Assembly (NCBI GenBank): GCA_031416075.1
Contig: JANOSY010000042.1
Span: 1 to 31,036, forward strand
DNA length: 31,036 nt
Source: Candidatus Tenderia sp.
GTDB taxonomy: Bacteria > Pseudomonadota > Gammaproteobacteria > Tenderiales > Tenderiaceae
Direction of reading: 5' to 3'
Made by a program: the position numbers and the translations under genes. Under the pieces are notes generated by a model. The model did not search any database. It worked only from the letters and a program-made list of their open reading frames with translations, and had not been told where the DNA came from. This document shows positions 1 to 8,262 of this stretch, in pieces; the first letter of the stretch is position 1, and the number at the start of each line of letters is the position of its first letter.

Positions 1-126
1 GTCTCTTCGCTACGTCCTGCTTTCAGTCTGGCCTCGCGGCTTCCACCTTGGATTTCGCTACACTTCTCGTCACTCTTCGTGGCAGTTTCCTTTCAAACTA
101 CGAGTACATGCCCATGCTGGGCACAC
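1..126 (-). mobile_element. 5' end (domain I) of a group II intron, most likely class IIC, truncated by the window edge
   Basis: The minus strand from 126 reads GTGTGCCCAGCATGGGCATG...TAGCGAAATCCAAGGTGGAAGCCGCGAGGCCAGACTGAAAGCAGGA. This has the GUGYG 5' boundary followed by the CCCRGCAUGGG stem typical of IIC introns. It starts 3 nt downstream of a hairpin, as IIC introns do. The RT ORF and domains V/VI lie outside the window. Confidence 0.8.
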
Positions 127-307
127 TAGGTCCGATTAGCGGAGCGTAATCGGACGCATGTAAACGCAGCAAACAGGCTCGTTTGAATCACCCCGCTGAC
201 AACCTGCTCTCATACCCCATGCGAGGCATAAAAACCAAAAAATGGCCACTCAGCCAATTTTCAGGCAACCTTCATGCGTCCGATTACGCTCCGCTAATCG
301 GACCTAC
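127..307. repeat. Inverted pair of GTAG-family REP-like palindromes (REPIN/BIME-like doublet)
   Basis: 127-160 (taggtccgattagcggagcgtaatcggacgcatg) is the exact reverse complement of 273-306. Each copy holds the hairpin gtccgatta...taatcggac. The right copy has an intact GTAG foot (minus strand, 307-304); the left copy lacks the G where the intron begins. Confidence 0.85.
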
Positions 308-825
308 GAGCTAATTTGGTTTCGTCTTTCATCATCAAGCTTACATAATTTATTGTGCGTAAAATTAGGCTTTAATACTAATTCATGTTCATTTTCATTT
401 TCATTCCCTTCGAACAACACCTGTGAATCATCAATCTCCATAAGAAATACTGGCCTAGATTCAAGTTTGGTCTCGGATATGCTAGATGAATAGCAATAAG
501 CCTTCAGTCCTTCAATTTTTTTTGCCCACGAGCATCCTAAATTTCCTTCAGACTCACCATCTCTACCTATTCTATATAAGGTCAAGACTCGATTTGTTGG
601 CCTGTAGCTTTGTCGGAATTTCGACAGATCAAAGCGAAAACAAGCATAGTTTCCTGAAATTATACTTGAGGTATATAGCTCTTTCAGTGTATCTATTTTC
701 CCTTTGCCGTCCATGAGATCGATTATCTGTATCTTATGGCCATTAAGAAAAAATAGTAATACCTCCAATTGATCACCATGTTCACTGGTGTAAAAAGATT
801 CTTCTAAATCTTGTTTAGATGTCAA
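304..825 (-). CDS. AT-rich hypothetical protein with a putative ADP-ribosyltransferase-like (R-S-ExE) signature; true start uncertain
   Basis: 173-aa ORF from TTG 825, but the frame stays open up to 921. Motifs TLYRIGR, GCSWA and ENEHELVL. Base composition is visibly more AT-rich than the flanking genes. Confidence 0.6.
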   Translation of the reverse strand: MTSKQDLEESFYTSEHGDQLEVLLFFLNGHKIQIIDLMDGKGKIDTLKELYTSSIISGNYACFRFDLSKFRQSYRPTNRVLTLYRIGRDGESEGNLGCSWAKKIEGLKAYCYSSSISETKLESRPVFLMEIDDSQVLFEGNENENEHELVLKPNFTHNKLCKLDDERRNQISS

Positions 826-1212
826 AACTCTATCGATATATGCCAGTTCCTCGGAACTCAGATATTCGTTTGTTAAGTGTTCGAGATCGATAGCGATGGT
901 ATTAAGTAGTGTGGTTAAATATTAATTCAAATGGATATCTCTTATAAAAAATATGACCCGTATTAGACAAAAATATTAAACAGGACAATAGGCAGAATCT
1001 GTCTATCACCCCCATTCCCCCAACAACATTCCCCAATCATCTGTCCTATAAGCCCTTTATGCAACCACTGCCCGACGCTGGGATTAATACTGTGACGTGC
1101 TACAGGTGGTTATCTTGCCTTAGCCGCCCCCATTATGGCGCTATCCATGTCACATAGCTGGCATCTGCCCGCCGCTGGCAGTACCATACGCGCCTAAATC
1201 CTTGGAGTTCCT

Positions 1213-3090
1213 ATGCCCTTAATTACCCTGCGCGATGTTGTGGTCAGCTTTGGTGGTCCGCCACAGCTGGATGGTCTTAACCTGTCGATTGATCCTGGCG
1301 AACGTGTCTGTCTGGTCGGGCGTAATGGCGCGGGCAAGTCGACGCTGATGAAGGTATTGGCGGGCGAGATCATCCCTGAGGGGGGTGCTATTGAGAAGCA
1401 GCAGGGGCTGCGGGTAACACGTCTGAACCAGGAGGTGCCGAGTGATATGACCGGCTCGGTCTATGACGTGGTGGCCGATGGTCTGGGTGAGCAGGGGCAG
1501 TTGCTGCGCGACTACCACCACGCCACGCAGCGGTTGGCGACTGACTTCAGCGATGAGGCGATGGCGGAGCTGGAGCGGGTGCAGCACAAACTTGAGGCGG
1601 TGAACGGTTGGGAGGCGAGCCAGCGGGTGGATACCGTGATCTCGCGGTTGGAGCTGCCGGAGGATGCGGAGTTCAGCGAGCTTTCCGGCGGTATGAAGCG
1701 CCGGGTGTTGCTGGCCCAGGCGCTGGTGCTGGACCCGGACCTGTTGCTGCTGGATGAGCCGACCAACCATCTGGATATCGAGTCGATCAAGTGGATGGAG
1801 GAGTTTCTGCTCAACTACCGCGCCGCGCTGCTGTTTGTGACCCATGACCGGATGTTGTTGCAGCATCTGGCAACCCGCATTATCGATCTTGATCGTGGCA
1901 AGCTCACCAGCTGGCCCGGCAACTACGAGCTCTATCTGGTCCGCAAACAGGAGCAGCTCGATGCTGAGGAGACTGCCAACGCGCTCTTTGATAAGAAGCT
2001 GGCGCAGGAGGAGGTGTGGATTCGCCAGGGGATCAAGGCACGTCGTACCCGCAACGAGGGGCGAGTGCGTGATTTGAAGGCGCTGCGGGTTGAGCGCAGC
2101 GAGCGGCGTGAACGCATGGGCACGGCCAAGATTCAGACGCAGGAAGCGGCTAGCTCCGGCAAGATTGTGGTTGAGATTGATAATGTCAGCCAGAGTTTTG
2201 GCGACAAGGTGATTCTGAAAAACCTCACCACCACTATCATGCGCGGTGACAAGATCGGCATCATCGGCCCCAACGGCGCGGGTAAATCGACGCTGTTGAA
2301 GATTCTGCTGGGGCTGCTGGAGCCGCAGCAGGGCACGGTGAAGAAGGGCACCAAGATGGAGGTTGCCTACTTCGACCAGCACCGCGCCCAGCTCGACCCC
2401 GAAAAAACTGTTATCGATAACATCAGTGGTGGCAGTAACGAGATCACCGTTAACGGCAAACCGCGCCACGTCATCAGCTACATGCAGGAGTTTCTCTTCT
2501 CGCCGCAGCGGGCGCGCACACCGGTGAAGGCGCTCTCCGGCGGTGAACGCAACCGCCTGCTGCTGGCCAAGCTCTTTACCAAACCGGCCAACGTGCTGGT
2601 GATGGATGAGCCGACCAACGATCTCGATGTTGAAACACTGGAGCTGCTCGAAGAGCTGCTGATCGACTACAGCGGCACCCTGCTGCTGGTGAGCCATGAC
2701 CGTGCCTTTATCAACAACGTTGTCACCAGCTCGCTGGTATTTGAGGGTGATGGCGTGGTGAATGAGTATGTGGGTGGTTATGACGACTGGCTGCGGCAAC
2801 GCGCCCAGCCGGTTGCTGCTGTTGCAGAGAAACCCAAGGCCGCCGCCGTTAAAGAGAATCCTAAGACCGCCGCCAAACTGAGCTACAAAGAGCAGCGTGA
2901 ACTCGATGAGCTGCCAAAGAAGATTGAGCTGCTGGAGGCGGATCTGGATGAGTTGCACAAAACCATGGCCGACCCTGATTTTTATAAACAGGGCAGCGCC
3001 AAGATGGCCGAGGTGCAGAAGCAGCTGGATGAGCTGGAACAGCTGCTGAGTGTCACGTATAAACGCTGGGAAGCGCTTGACGCCCAATAA
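1213..3090 (+). CDS. uup: ABC-F family ATPase Uup
   Basis: Two ABC domains (GRNGAGKST/LSGG/DEPTNHLD and GPNGAGKST/LSGGE/DEPTNDLD), linker WIRQGIKARRTRNEGRVR, C-terminal KLSYKEQREL coiled coil and no TM helices. SD GGAG upstream. Confidence 0.95.
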   Translation: MPLITLRDVVVSFGGPPQLDGLNLSIDPGERVCLVGRNGAGKSTLMKVLAGEIIPEGGAIEKQQGLRVTRLNQEVPSDMTGSVYDVVADGLGEQGQLLRDYHHATQRLATDFSDEAMAELERVQHKLEAVNGWEASQRVDTVISRLELPEDAEFSELSGGMKRRVLLAQALVLDPDLLLLDEPTNHLDIESIKWMEEFLLNYRAALLFVTHDRMLLQHLATRIIDLDRGKLTSWPGNYELYLVRKQEQLDAEETANALFDKKLAQEEVWIRQGIKARRTRNEGRVRDLKALRVERSERRERMGTAKIQTQEAASSGKIVVEIDNVSQSFGDKVILKNLTTTIMRGDKIGIIGPNGAGKSTLLKILLGLLEPQQGTVKKGTKMEVAYFDQHRAQLDPEKTVIDNISGGSNEITVNGKPRHVISYMQEFLFSPQRARTPVKALSGGERNRLLLAKLFTKPANVLVMDEPTNDLDVETLELLEELLIDYSGTLLLVSHDRAFINNVVTSSLVFEGDGVVNEYVGGYDDWLRQRAQPVAAVAEKPKAAAVKENPKTAAKLSYKEQRELDELPKKIELLEADLDELHKTMADPDFYKQGSAKMAEVQKQLDELEQLLSVTYKRWEALDAQ

Positions 3091-3101
3091 AGTGCAATGC
3101 G

Positions 3102-3182
3102 TCACTTAGCATTCTGAACCTGTCGAAGGAGTCTGGATGGGTGGCAGGTGGTTCGACAAGCTCACCACGAACGGCTAAGTGA
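3102..3182. repeat. Imperfect long inverted repeat, a degenerate extragenic palindrome of the TGTCGAA/TTCGACA type
   Basis: tcacttagc (3102-3110) pairs with gctaagtga (3174-3182). Internally, ctgaacctgtcgaa pairs imperfectly with ttcgacaagctcac. Confidence 0.6.
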
Positions 3183-3252
3183 ACAACATTGCAATAGCGT
3201 GTTGATTAAATAACACCCCGAGCCAGTCTCGCGACAATCTGGGAGCATGTTG

Positions 3253-5139
3253 ATGTCGCAACATACCGAAACGGCTAAAAAGAGCCTGCTGTTCCCACTG
3301 ATGGTGGGGGCGGTGGGCGTGGTCTATGGCGACATTGGCACCAGTCCGCTCTACGCCCTGAAGGAGACTTTCAGCGGTCCGCACGGTTTGCCCCCGCAGC
3401 CAAACAACATTCTCGGCATCCTCTCGCTAGTCTTCTGGGCGCTTGCGATTGTGGTATCGCTCAAGTATGTGCTGTTTATGATGCGCGCCGATAACAAGGG
3501 CGAAGGTGGCATCATGGCGCTGATTGCACTGACACGTCGTATCGCCGCTGACAACCCGCGCTTACGTTGGATACTGGCGTCGCTGGGGCTGTTTGGCGCG
3601 GCGCTTTTTTATGGCGACAGCATGATCACCCCCGCTATATCGGTACTCAGCGCCATAGAGGGGGTAGCGATTCCAGCACCAGCACTGGAATCATGGATAG
3701 TGCCCATGGCACTGGTGGTATTGGTGCTGCTGTTCTTCTTTCAGTACCGTGGCACCGCTGGCATGGGCAGGCTCTTTGGCCCGGTGATGGGAGTCTGGTT
3801 TGCGGTGCTGGCGCTGCTTGGCGTCATCAACATTGTGGAATATCCCGGCGTACTGAAGGCTGTCAATCCGAGCTACGGCCTCGATATGCTGCTGCACCAC
3901 GGCTGGCAAGGCTTTCTGGTGCTGGGCACGGTGGTGCTGGTAATCACCGGCGCCGAGGCGCTCTATGCCGACATGGGCCACTTTGGCAAACGGCCGATCC
4001 AGTTCGCCTGGTTTGGTTTTGTCTGGCCGGCACTGCTGCTCAACTACTTCGGCCAGGGGGCGCTGTTGATGCACATGCCCGAGGCGGCGCGTAACCCCTT
4101 CTATTTGATGGCGCCCGCCTGGGCGCTCTATCCTTTGATTGCACTGGCGACCCTGGCCACCGTCATCGCCTCGCAGGCGGTGATCACCGGCGCCTTCTCC
4201 GTTACCCGGCAGGCGATCCAACTCGGCTACATTCCGCGCATGCAAATACTGCACACCTCTGAGAGTGAAGCAGGACAGATCTACATCCCGTTTGTGAACT
4301 GGTTTCTGCTGCTGGGCGTGGTGGCGCTGGTGGTGGGATTTGGCTCCTCCAGCGATCTGGCGGCGGCTTACGGCATCGCCGTTACCGGCACCATGGCCAT
4401 CGATACCCTGCTCGCCTTTTTTGTGGTTTACGGTCTGTGGCGCTGGCACTGGGCAGCAGCGGCGGCTGTGATGGCGCTGTTTTTGGTTGTTGATATCGCC
4501 TTTATCAGCGCCAACGCCACCAAAATCCTGCATGGCGGCTGGTTCCCACTGCTGATTGCTACGGCCATCTTTATTCTGCTGGCCACCTGGAAGAAGGGAC
4601 GTCGGATCCTGATCCGGCGACTCCATGCAGACGCTATGGATATTGGCCTTTTCCTCACCAGTATTGAACGCCATCCACCGATCCGGGTGCCGGGCACGGC
4701 CGTCTTTCTGACAGCCAGTTCCAACGGTGTGCCACACGCGCTGCTGCACAACCTCGCCCACAACAAGGTACTGCATGAACGGGTGATATTGCTGACGGTA
4801 ATGACGGCTGACGTACCCTACGTGGCGGAAAATGAACGTATTAAGATCGAACCACTGGGCGGCGGTTTCTATCGCACCCTCTTCCACTTCGGCTATAAAG
4901 ATGAGCCGGATGTACCGGCAACGCTGGCGCAGTGTGAGCCACTGGGGCCTGAGTTCAACATGCTCGAGACATCGTTCTTCTTCAGTCGCGAGACTCTGAT
5001 CTCTACCCGCATCCCCGGCATGGCGCCGTGGCGTGAAAAGCTCTTTATCACCATGGCCCGCAACGCCGCCAGCGCCATGACACTATTCAAAATACCCACC
5101 AACCGTGTGATTGAGCTAGGTGCACAAGTCGAGTTATGA
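3253..5139 (+). CDS. kup: Potassium uptake transporter Kup (KUP/HAK/KT)
   Basis: GVVYGDIGTSPLY, RADNKGEGG, GAEALYADMGHFG and AAAYGIAVTGTM motifs, about 12 TM segments and a C-terminal cytoplasmic domain. ATG 3253 is best spaced from the GGGAG SD; ATG 3247 is an alternative. Confidence 0.96.
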   Translation: MSQHTETAKKSLLFPLMVGAVGVVYGDIGTSPLYALKETFSGPHGLPPQPNNILGILSLVFWALAIVVSLKYVLFMMRADNKGEGGIMALIALTRRIAADNPRLRWILASLGLFGAALFYGDSMITPAISVLSAIEGVAIPAPALESWIVPMALVVLVLLFFFQYRGTAGMGRLFGPVMGVWFAVLALLGVINIVEYPGVLKAVNPSYGLDMLLHHGWQGFLVLGTVVLVITGAEALYADMGHFGKRPIQFAWFGFVWPALLLNYFGQGALLMHMPEAARNPFYLMAPAWALYPLIALATLATVIASQAVITGAFSVTRQAIQLGYIPRMQILHTSESEAGQIYIPFVNWFLLLGVVALVVGFGSSSDLAAAYGIAVTGTMAIDTLLAFFVVYGLWRWHWAAAAAVMALFLVVDIAFISANATKILHGGWFPLLIATAIFILLATWKKGRRILIRRLHADAMDIGLFLTSIERHPPIRVPGTAVFLTASSNGVPHALLHNLAHNKVLHERVILLTVMTADVPYVAENERIKIEPLGGGFYRTLFHFGYKDEPDVPATLAQCEPLGPEFNMLETSFFFSRETLISTRIPGMAPWREKLFITMARNAASAMTLFKIPTNRVIELGAQVEL

Positions 5140-5338
5140 GGAGGCTCGACGGAATCAGGAATGAGCCGCATTAACCCCACCTGATTTTCCAGCATCGCCT
5201 AAAATGGAACTGCATACCGCCGCATCTTCTCCGATAATTATCACCCCAACATTTTGCCCCGCACTGTTTTACTGCCACCACTGGGTCGCGCAAGGTGTTT
5301 ATACTAAACGCACCCGTTTAACCAACAGGAGCATGCAA

Positions 5339-5953
5339 ATGTCAGACACTCCGCCACTCGAAGAGTATTACGCGCCAAAAGATCTTCGGGATCGCATCGC
5401 CTATCGCTTTGTTAAGTTTTTACGTTACTTCGCGGACGCTTTTTTTGCCAAGCGTTATGGCCATCGTGCGGTGGTACTGGAAACAGTCGCCGCTGTGCCC
5501 GGTATGGTAGGTGGCGCGCTACAACACTTACATGCCCTGCGACGCATGGAGAGTGATCATGGCTGGATTCGTATACTGTTAGATGAAGCGGAGAATGAAC
5601 GTATGCATCTGATGACATTCATCCATATCGCCCAACCCTCGCGACTGGAACGATGGCTGATTGTGTTAGTGCAGGGGCTGTTTTATAACGCCTTTTTCCT
5701 GCTCTATTTGATATCGGCAAAGACGGCGCATCGTGTGGTGGGATATTTCGAAGAGGAGGCCGTCTACAGCTATACCGAATATCTGGCGGAAGTGGACAGT
5801 GGCGCCGCCGAGAATATAGCGGCGCCGCAGATTGCCATCGACTACTGGCAGCTTGCCCCTGACGCGCGCCTGCGCGACGTCATCATCGCGGTCCGTGCCG
5901 ATGAGGCAGTGCACCGCGATGTAAACCACAGGTTTGCCACTCAGCTCTCCTGA
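5339..5953 (+). CDS. aox: Alternative oxidase (di-iron ubiquinol oxidase)
   Basis: [28 protein letters not shown] and [12 protein letters not shown] di-iron motifs. The AGGAG SD at 5327-5331 favours ATG 5339 over the track start at 5204. Confidence 0.95.
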   Translation: MSDTPPLEEYYAPKDLRDRIAYRFVKFLRYFADAFFAKRYGHRAVVLETVAAVPGMVGGALQHLHALRRMESDHGWIRILLDEAENERMHLMTFIHIAQPSRLERWLIVLVQGLFYNAFFLLYLISAKTAHRVVGYFEEEAVYSYTEYLAEVDSGAAENIAAPQIAIDYWQLAPDARLRDVIIAVRADEAVHRDVNHRFATQLS

Positions 5954-6039
5954 TTAGCCATACGGTCTGGTATCAACAGCGAGAAACAGGTGAAGCCAGA
6001 GGTAGCGGTCCCCGTTGGTCACTACATGAATACCAGGCA

Positions 6040-6067
6040 GGGAGCCAACCTGCTGGGCTTGGCTCCC
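6040..6067. terminator. Hairpin between convergent aox and hbpS-like genes
   Basis: 9-bp stem gggagccaa / ttggctccc; no clear U-tract. Confidence 0.4.
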
Positions 6068-6080
6068 GTCGCTGGCAATA

Positions 6081-6614
6081 CTACTCTGCCTGAATCTGCT
6101 GCAAACCATATCTGGCACAGGCTTCATCCAGGTGTCCGCCTGGGGCACCACCCACACCAATGCCACCGATACGTTGTCCACCCATCGTAATGGGCAGACC
6201 TCCGGCTAGAATCACCAGTCGTGGATCCATGTCACGCAAACCACTGAGCGCTGGATTACTGACAATGGCATTTGCCAGATTGGTTGTAGCCTGCCCCATA
6301 CTGGCGGAAGTGAACGCCTTACCATAACTACTACCTATGGTATGGGGACCAGCTGCGGGGTCGCGCACCTGTGCGATCAGTGTACCGCTGCGGTCGACTA
6401 CAGCAACACTAACAGCATAGCCGTCCTGTCTGCATTGCCCCAAGGCCGCCATTGCAGCGCTAGTGGCCAGCTCCAAAGACAACTGCGACGCCGTTATTGA
6501 TGGAGGACGTTTGTCTGCATAGGCAGAATGGCTCGTCACAACAACACCCAGCAAAACAACAGTAATCAGAGTCCGGCCAGATTGGTGAATATTAAATCCT
6601 GTGCGTAGTTTCAT
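6081..6614 (-). CDS. Secreted GlcG/HbpS family (DUF336) haem-binding protein
   Basis: Signal peptide ending AYA, then VSVAVVDRSG, KAFTSAS, GGLPI and IGGIGVGGAPGGHLDEACA. Strong AAGGAGGAG SD. Confidence 0.88.
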   Translation of the reverse strand: MKLRTGFNIHQSGRTLITVVLLGVVVTSHSAYADKRPPSITASQLSLELATSAAMAALGQCRQDGYAVSVAVVDRSGTLIAQVRDPAAGPHTIGSSYGKAFTSASMGQATTNLANAIVSNPALSGLRDMDPRLVILAGGLPITMGGQRIGGIGVGGAPGGHLDEACARYGLQQIQAE

Positions 6615-6777
6615 TTAACTCCTCCTTAAGTTACGCCGTCGAGTATTCGACAGAGAAAGCGTAGTTACTTTGTGATGATTTTCAAATGAAAAAAATGATA
6701 CTGACGCTCATGAAATCAATATCAACTCAACACTGCATTGTCCTGGTCTTAATTTACTGTTGATTTTTGATGCCCGG

Positions 6778-8241
6778 TTAACTGGCGGCGCTATCCCCCT
6801 TCCAGGTCAAATCCAGCTCCCGCGCTGCACGTACATCATCAAGACGGCGGGACGGCAGAGTGTAGGGGGCACCCTTCAACAGACTGGAGTCCTGCTGCGC
6901 CTCGGCTTTGATCTTGGCCATGGCGGCAACAAAACCATCGAGCACATCTTTGCTTTCAGTTTCGGTTGGCTCGATCAACAGACATTCAGGCACCATCAGT
7001 GGGAAGTAAGTGGTGGGGGCGTGAAAGCCGTAGTCGAGCAGCCGCTTGGCAAAATCCATAGCCGTAGCGTTGAGCTCCTTTGCCTCTTTTTTCAGGGTGA
7101 TGATGAACTCGTGGGTAGCACGACGTTTGGGATAAGCCAGCTCAAACCCGGCCTTCTGCAACTCTGCCGCCATGTAGTTGGCATTGAGCGTGGCGTACTC
7201 GGCCACACGCTCCATGCCCTCGCGCCCCAACAGACGGGCGTAGACGTAGGCGCGGATCAACACACCGATGTTGCCGGTGAAGGCGGAAAGACGACCGATC
7301 GACTCGGGGCGATCCTTCTCGGTCAGCCAGCGGAATTTATCACCCTCTTTAGTGACGATGGGGATTGGCAGGAACGGCAACAATCGCCCACTGACACCCA
7401 CAGGACCGGCACCGGGGCCACCACCACCATGTGGAGTGGAGAACGTTTTGTGCAGATTCATATGGATAACATCAAAACCCATGTCGCCGGGCCGCACCTT
7501 GCCAAGAATGGCATTGAGATTGGCACCGTCATAATAGAGCAGGCCACCGGCATCGTGCACGATCTTGGCAATCTCTTTGATATTGCGCTCGAAGACACCC
7601 ACAGTCGAAGGGTTAGTGAGCATAATGCCAGCGGTCTGAGGGCCGACGGCGGCTTTTAGCGCGTCGATATCGATGTCGCCACAATCCTTGGTCGGAATCT
7701 CCTTCACCTTGTAACCACACATAATGGCGGTGGCAGGGTTGGTACCGTGAGCGGCATCGGGCACGATAATCTCGCTACGTGCGGTGTCGTTCCGTGAGTC
7801 GTGGTAGGCACGAATCATCGCCACACCAGCAAACTCACCCTGAGCGCCGGCGGCAGGGGTAAGCGATACACCCTTCATACCTGTCACCTCTTTGAGCAGC
7901 TCCTGCAAATCGTACATCGACGCCAGCAGCCCCTGACCAGAGGTGTCCGGCGCATAGGGGTGACGCCCGGCAAAACCGGGTTGCAGCGCCACCGCATTAC
8001 AGACCCGCGGGTTGTACTTCATGGTGCAGGAGCCAAGTGGATAGAACTGGGTATCGATAGAAAAGTTTTTCTGCGACAGGCGGGTATAGTGACGCACCAC
8101 CTGCATCTCGGAGACCTGCGGCAGCAGTGGGCGTGTTGTGCGGCGCAGCGCAGCAGGAATGCCTTTGACCTCAACGGCGCTAGCCATCTGGGCAACAGCA
8201 ATACGATTGGGACGGGATTGTTCGAAAATCAGTGTGCTCAT
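6778..8241 (-). CDS. gcvPB: Glycine dehydrogenase (decarboxylating) subunit 2
   Basis: [28 protein letters not shown] and the PLP lysine motif [16 protein letters not shown]. Confidence 0.97.
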   Translation of the reverse strand: MSTLIFEQSRPNRIAVAQMASAVEVKGIPAALRRTTRPLLPQVSEMQVVRHYTRLSQKNFSIDTQFYPLGSCTMKYNPRVCNAVALQPGFAGRHPYAPDTSGQGLLASMYDLQELLKEVTGMKGVSLTPAAGAQGEFAGVAMIRAYHDSRNDTARSEIIVPDAAHGTNPATAIMCGYKVKEIPTKDCGDIDIDALKAAVGPQTAGIMLTNPSTVGVFERNIKEIAKIVHDAGGLLYYDGANLNAILGKVRPGDMGFDVIHMNLHKTFSTPHGGGGPGAGPVGVSGRLLPFLPIPIVTKEGDKFRWLTEKDRPESIGRLSAFTGNIGVLIRAYVYARLLGREGMERVAEYATLNANYMAAELQKAGFELAYPKRRATHEFIITLKKEAKELNATAMDFAKRLLDYGFHAPTTYFPLMVPECLLIEPTETESKDVLDGFVAAMAKIKAEAQQDSSLLKGAPYTLPSRRLDDVRAARELDLTWKGDSAAS

Positions 8242-8262
8242 AGTGATTCCGTTATTCCTTTG

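Noticed and set aside
127-307. Possible CRISPR array or integron attC site
   Set aside because: There are only two copies and they are inverted rather than direct; no RYYYAAC/GTTRRRY boxes and no cas or intI gene.
242-493. 83-aa plus-strand ORF across the REP
   Set aside because: It runs through the repeat and antisense to the better-supported minus-strand ORF, and is low-complexity Ser-rich.
1219-3105. 628-aa antisense ORF covering almost all of uup
   Set aside because: It mirrors the uup codon frame, has no recognisable motifs, and is the expected stop-free shadow of a GC-rich, codon-biased gene.
3691-4887. 398-aa antisense ORF in kup, and similar shadow ORFs in gcv, mrdA, dat, lipA, pet and the S8 gene
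   Set aside because: All overlap well-supported genes on the opposite strand or in another frame and lack motifs or an SD.
5204-5338. N-terminal extension of AOX in the ORF track
   Set aside because: No SD at 5204 and the sequence does not resemble AOX; a good SD precedes ATG 5339.
6670-6715. ATGA(A/T) repeats upstream of the hbpS-like gene as a winged-helix regulator site
   Set aside because: Spacing is irregular (11, 9, 15) in an AT-rich tract and cannot be told apart from chance.
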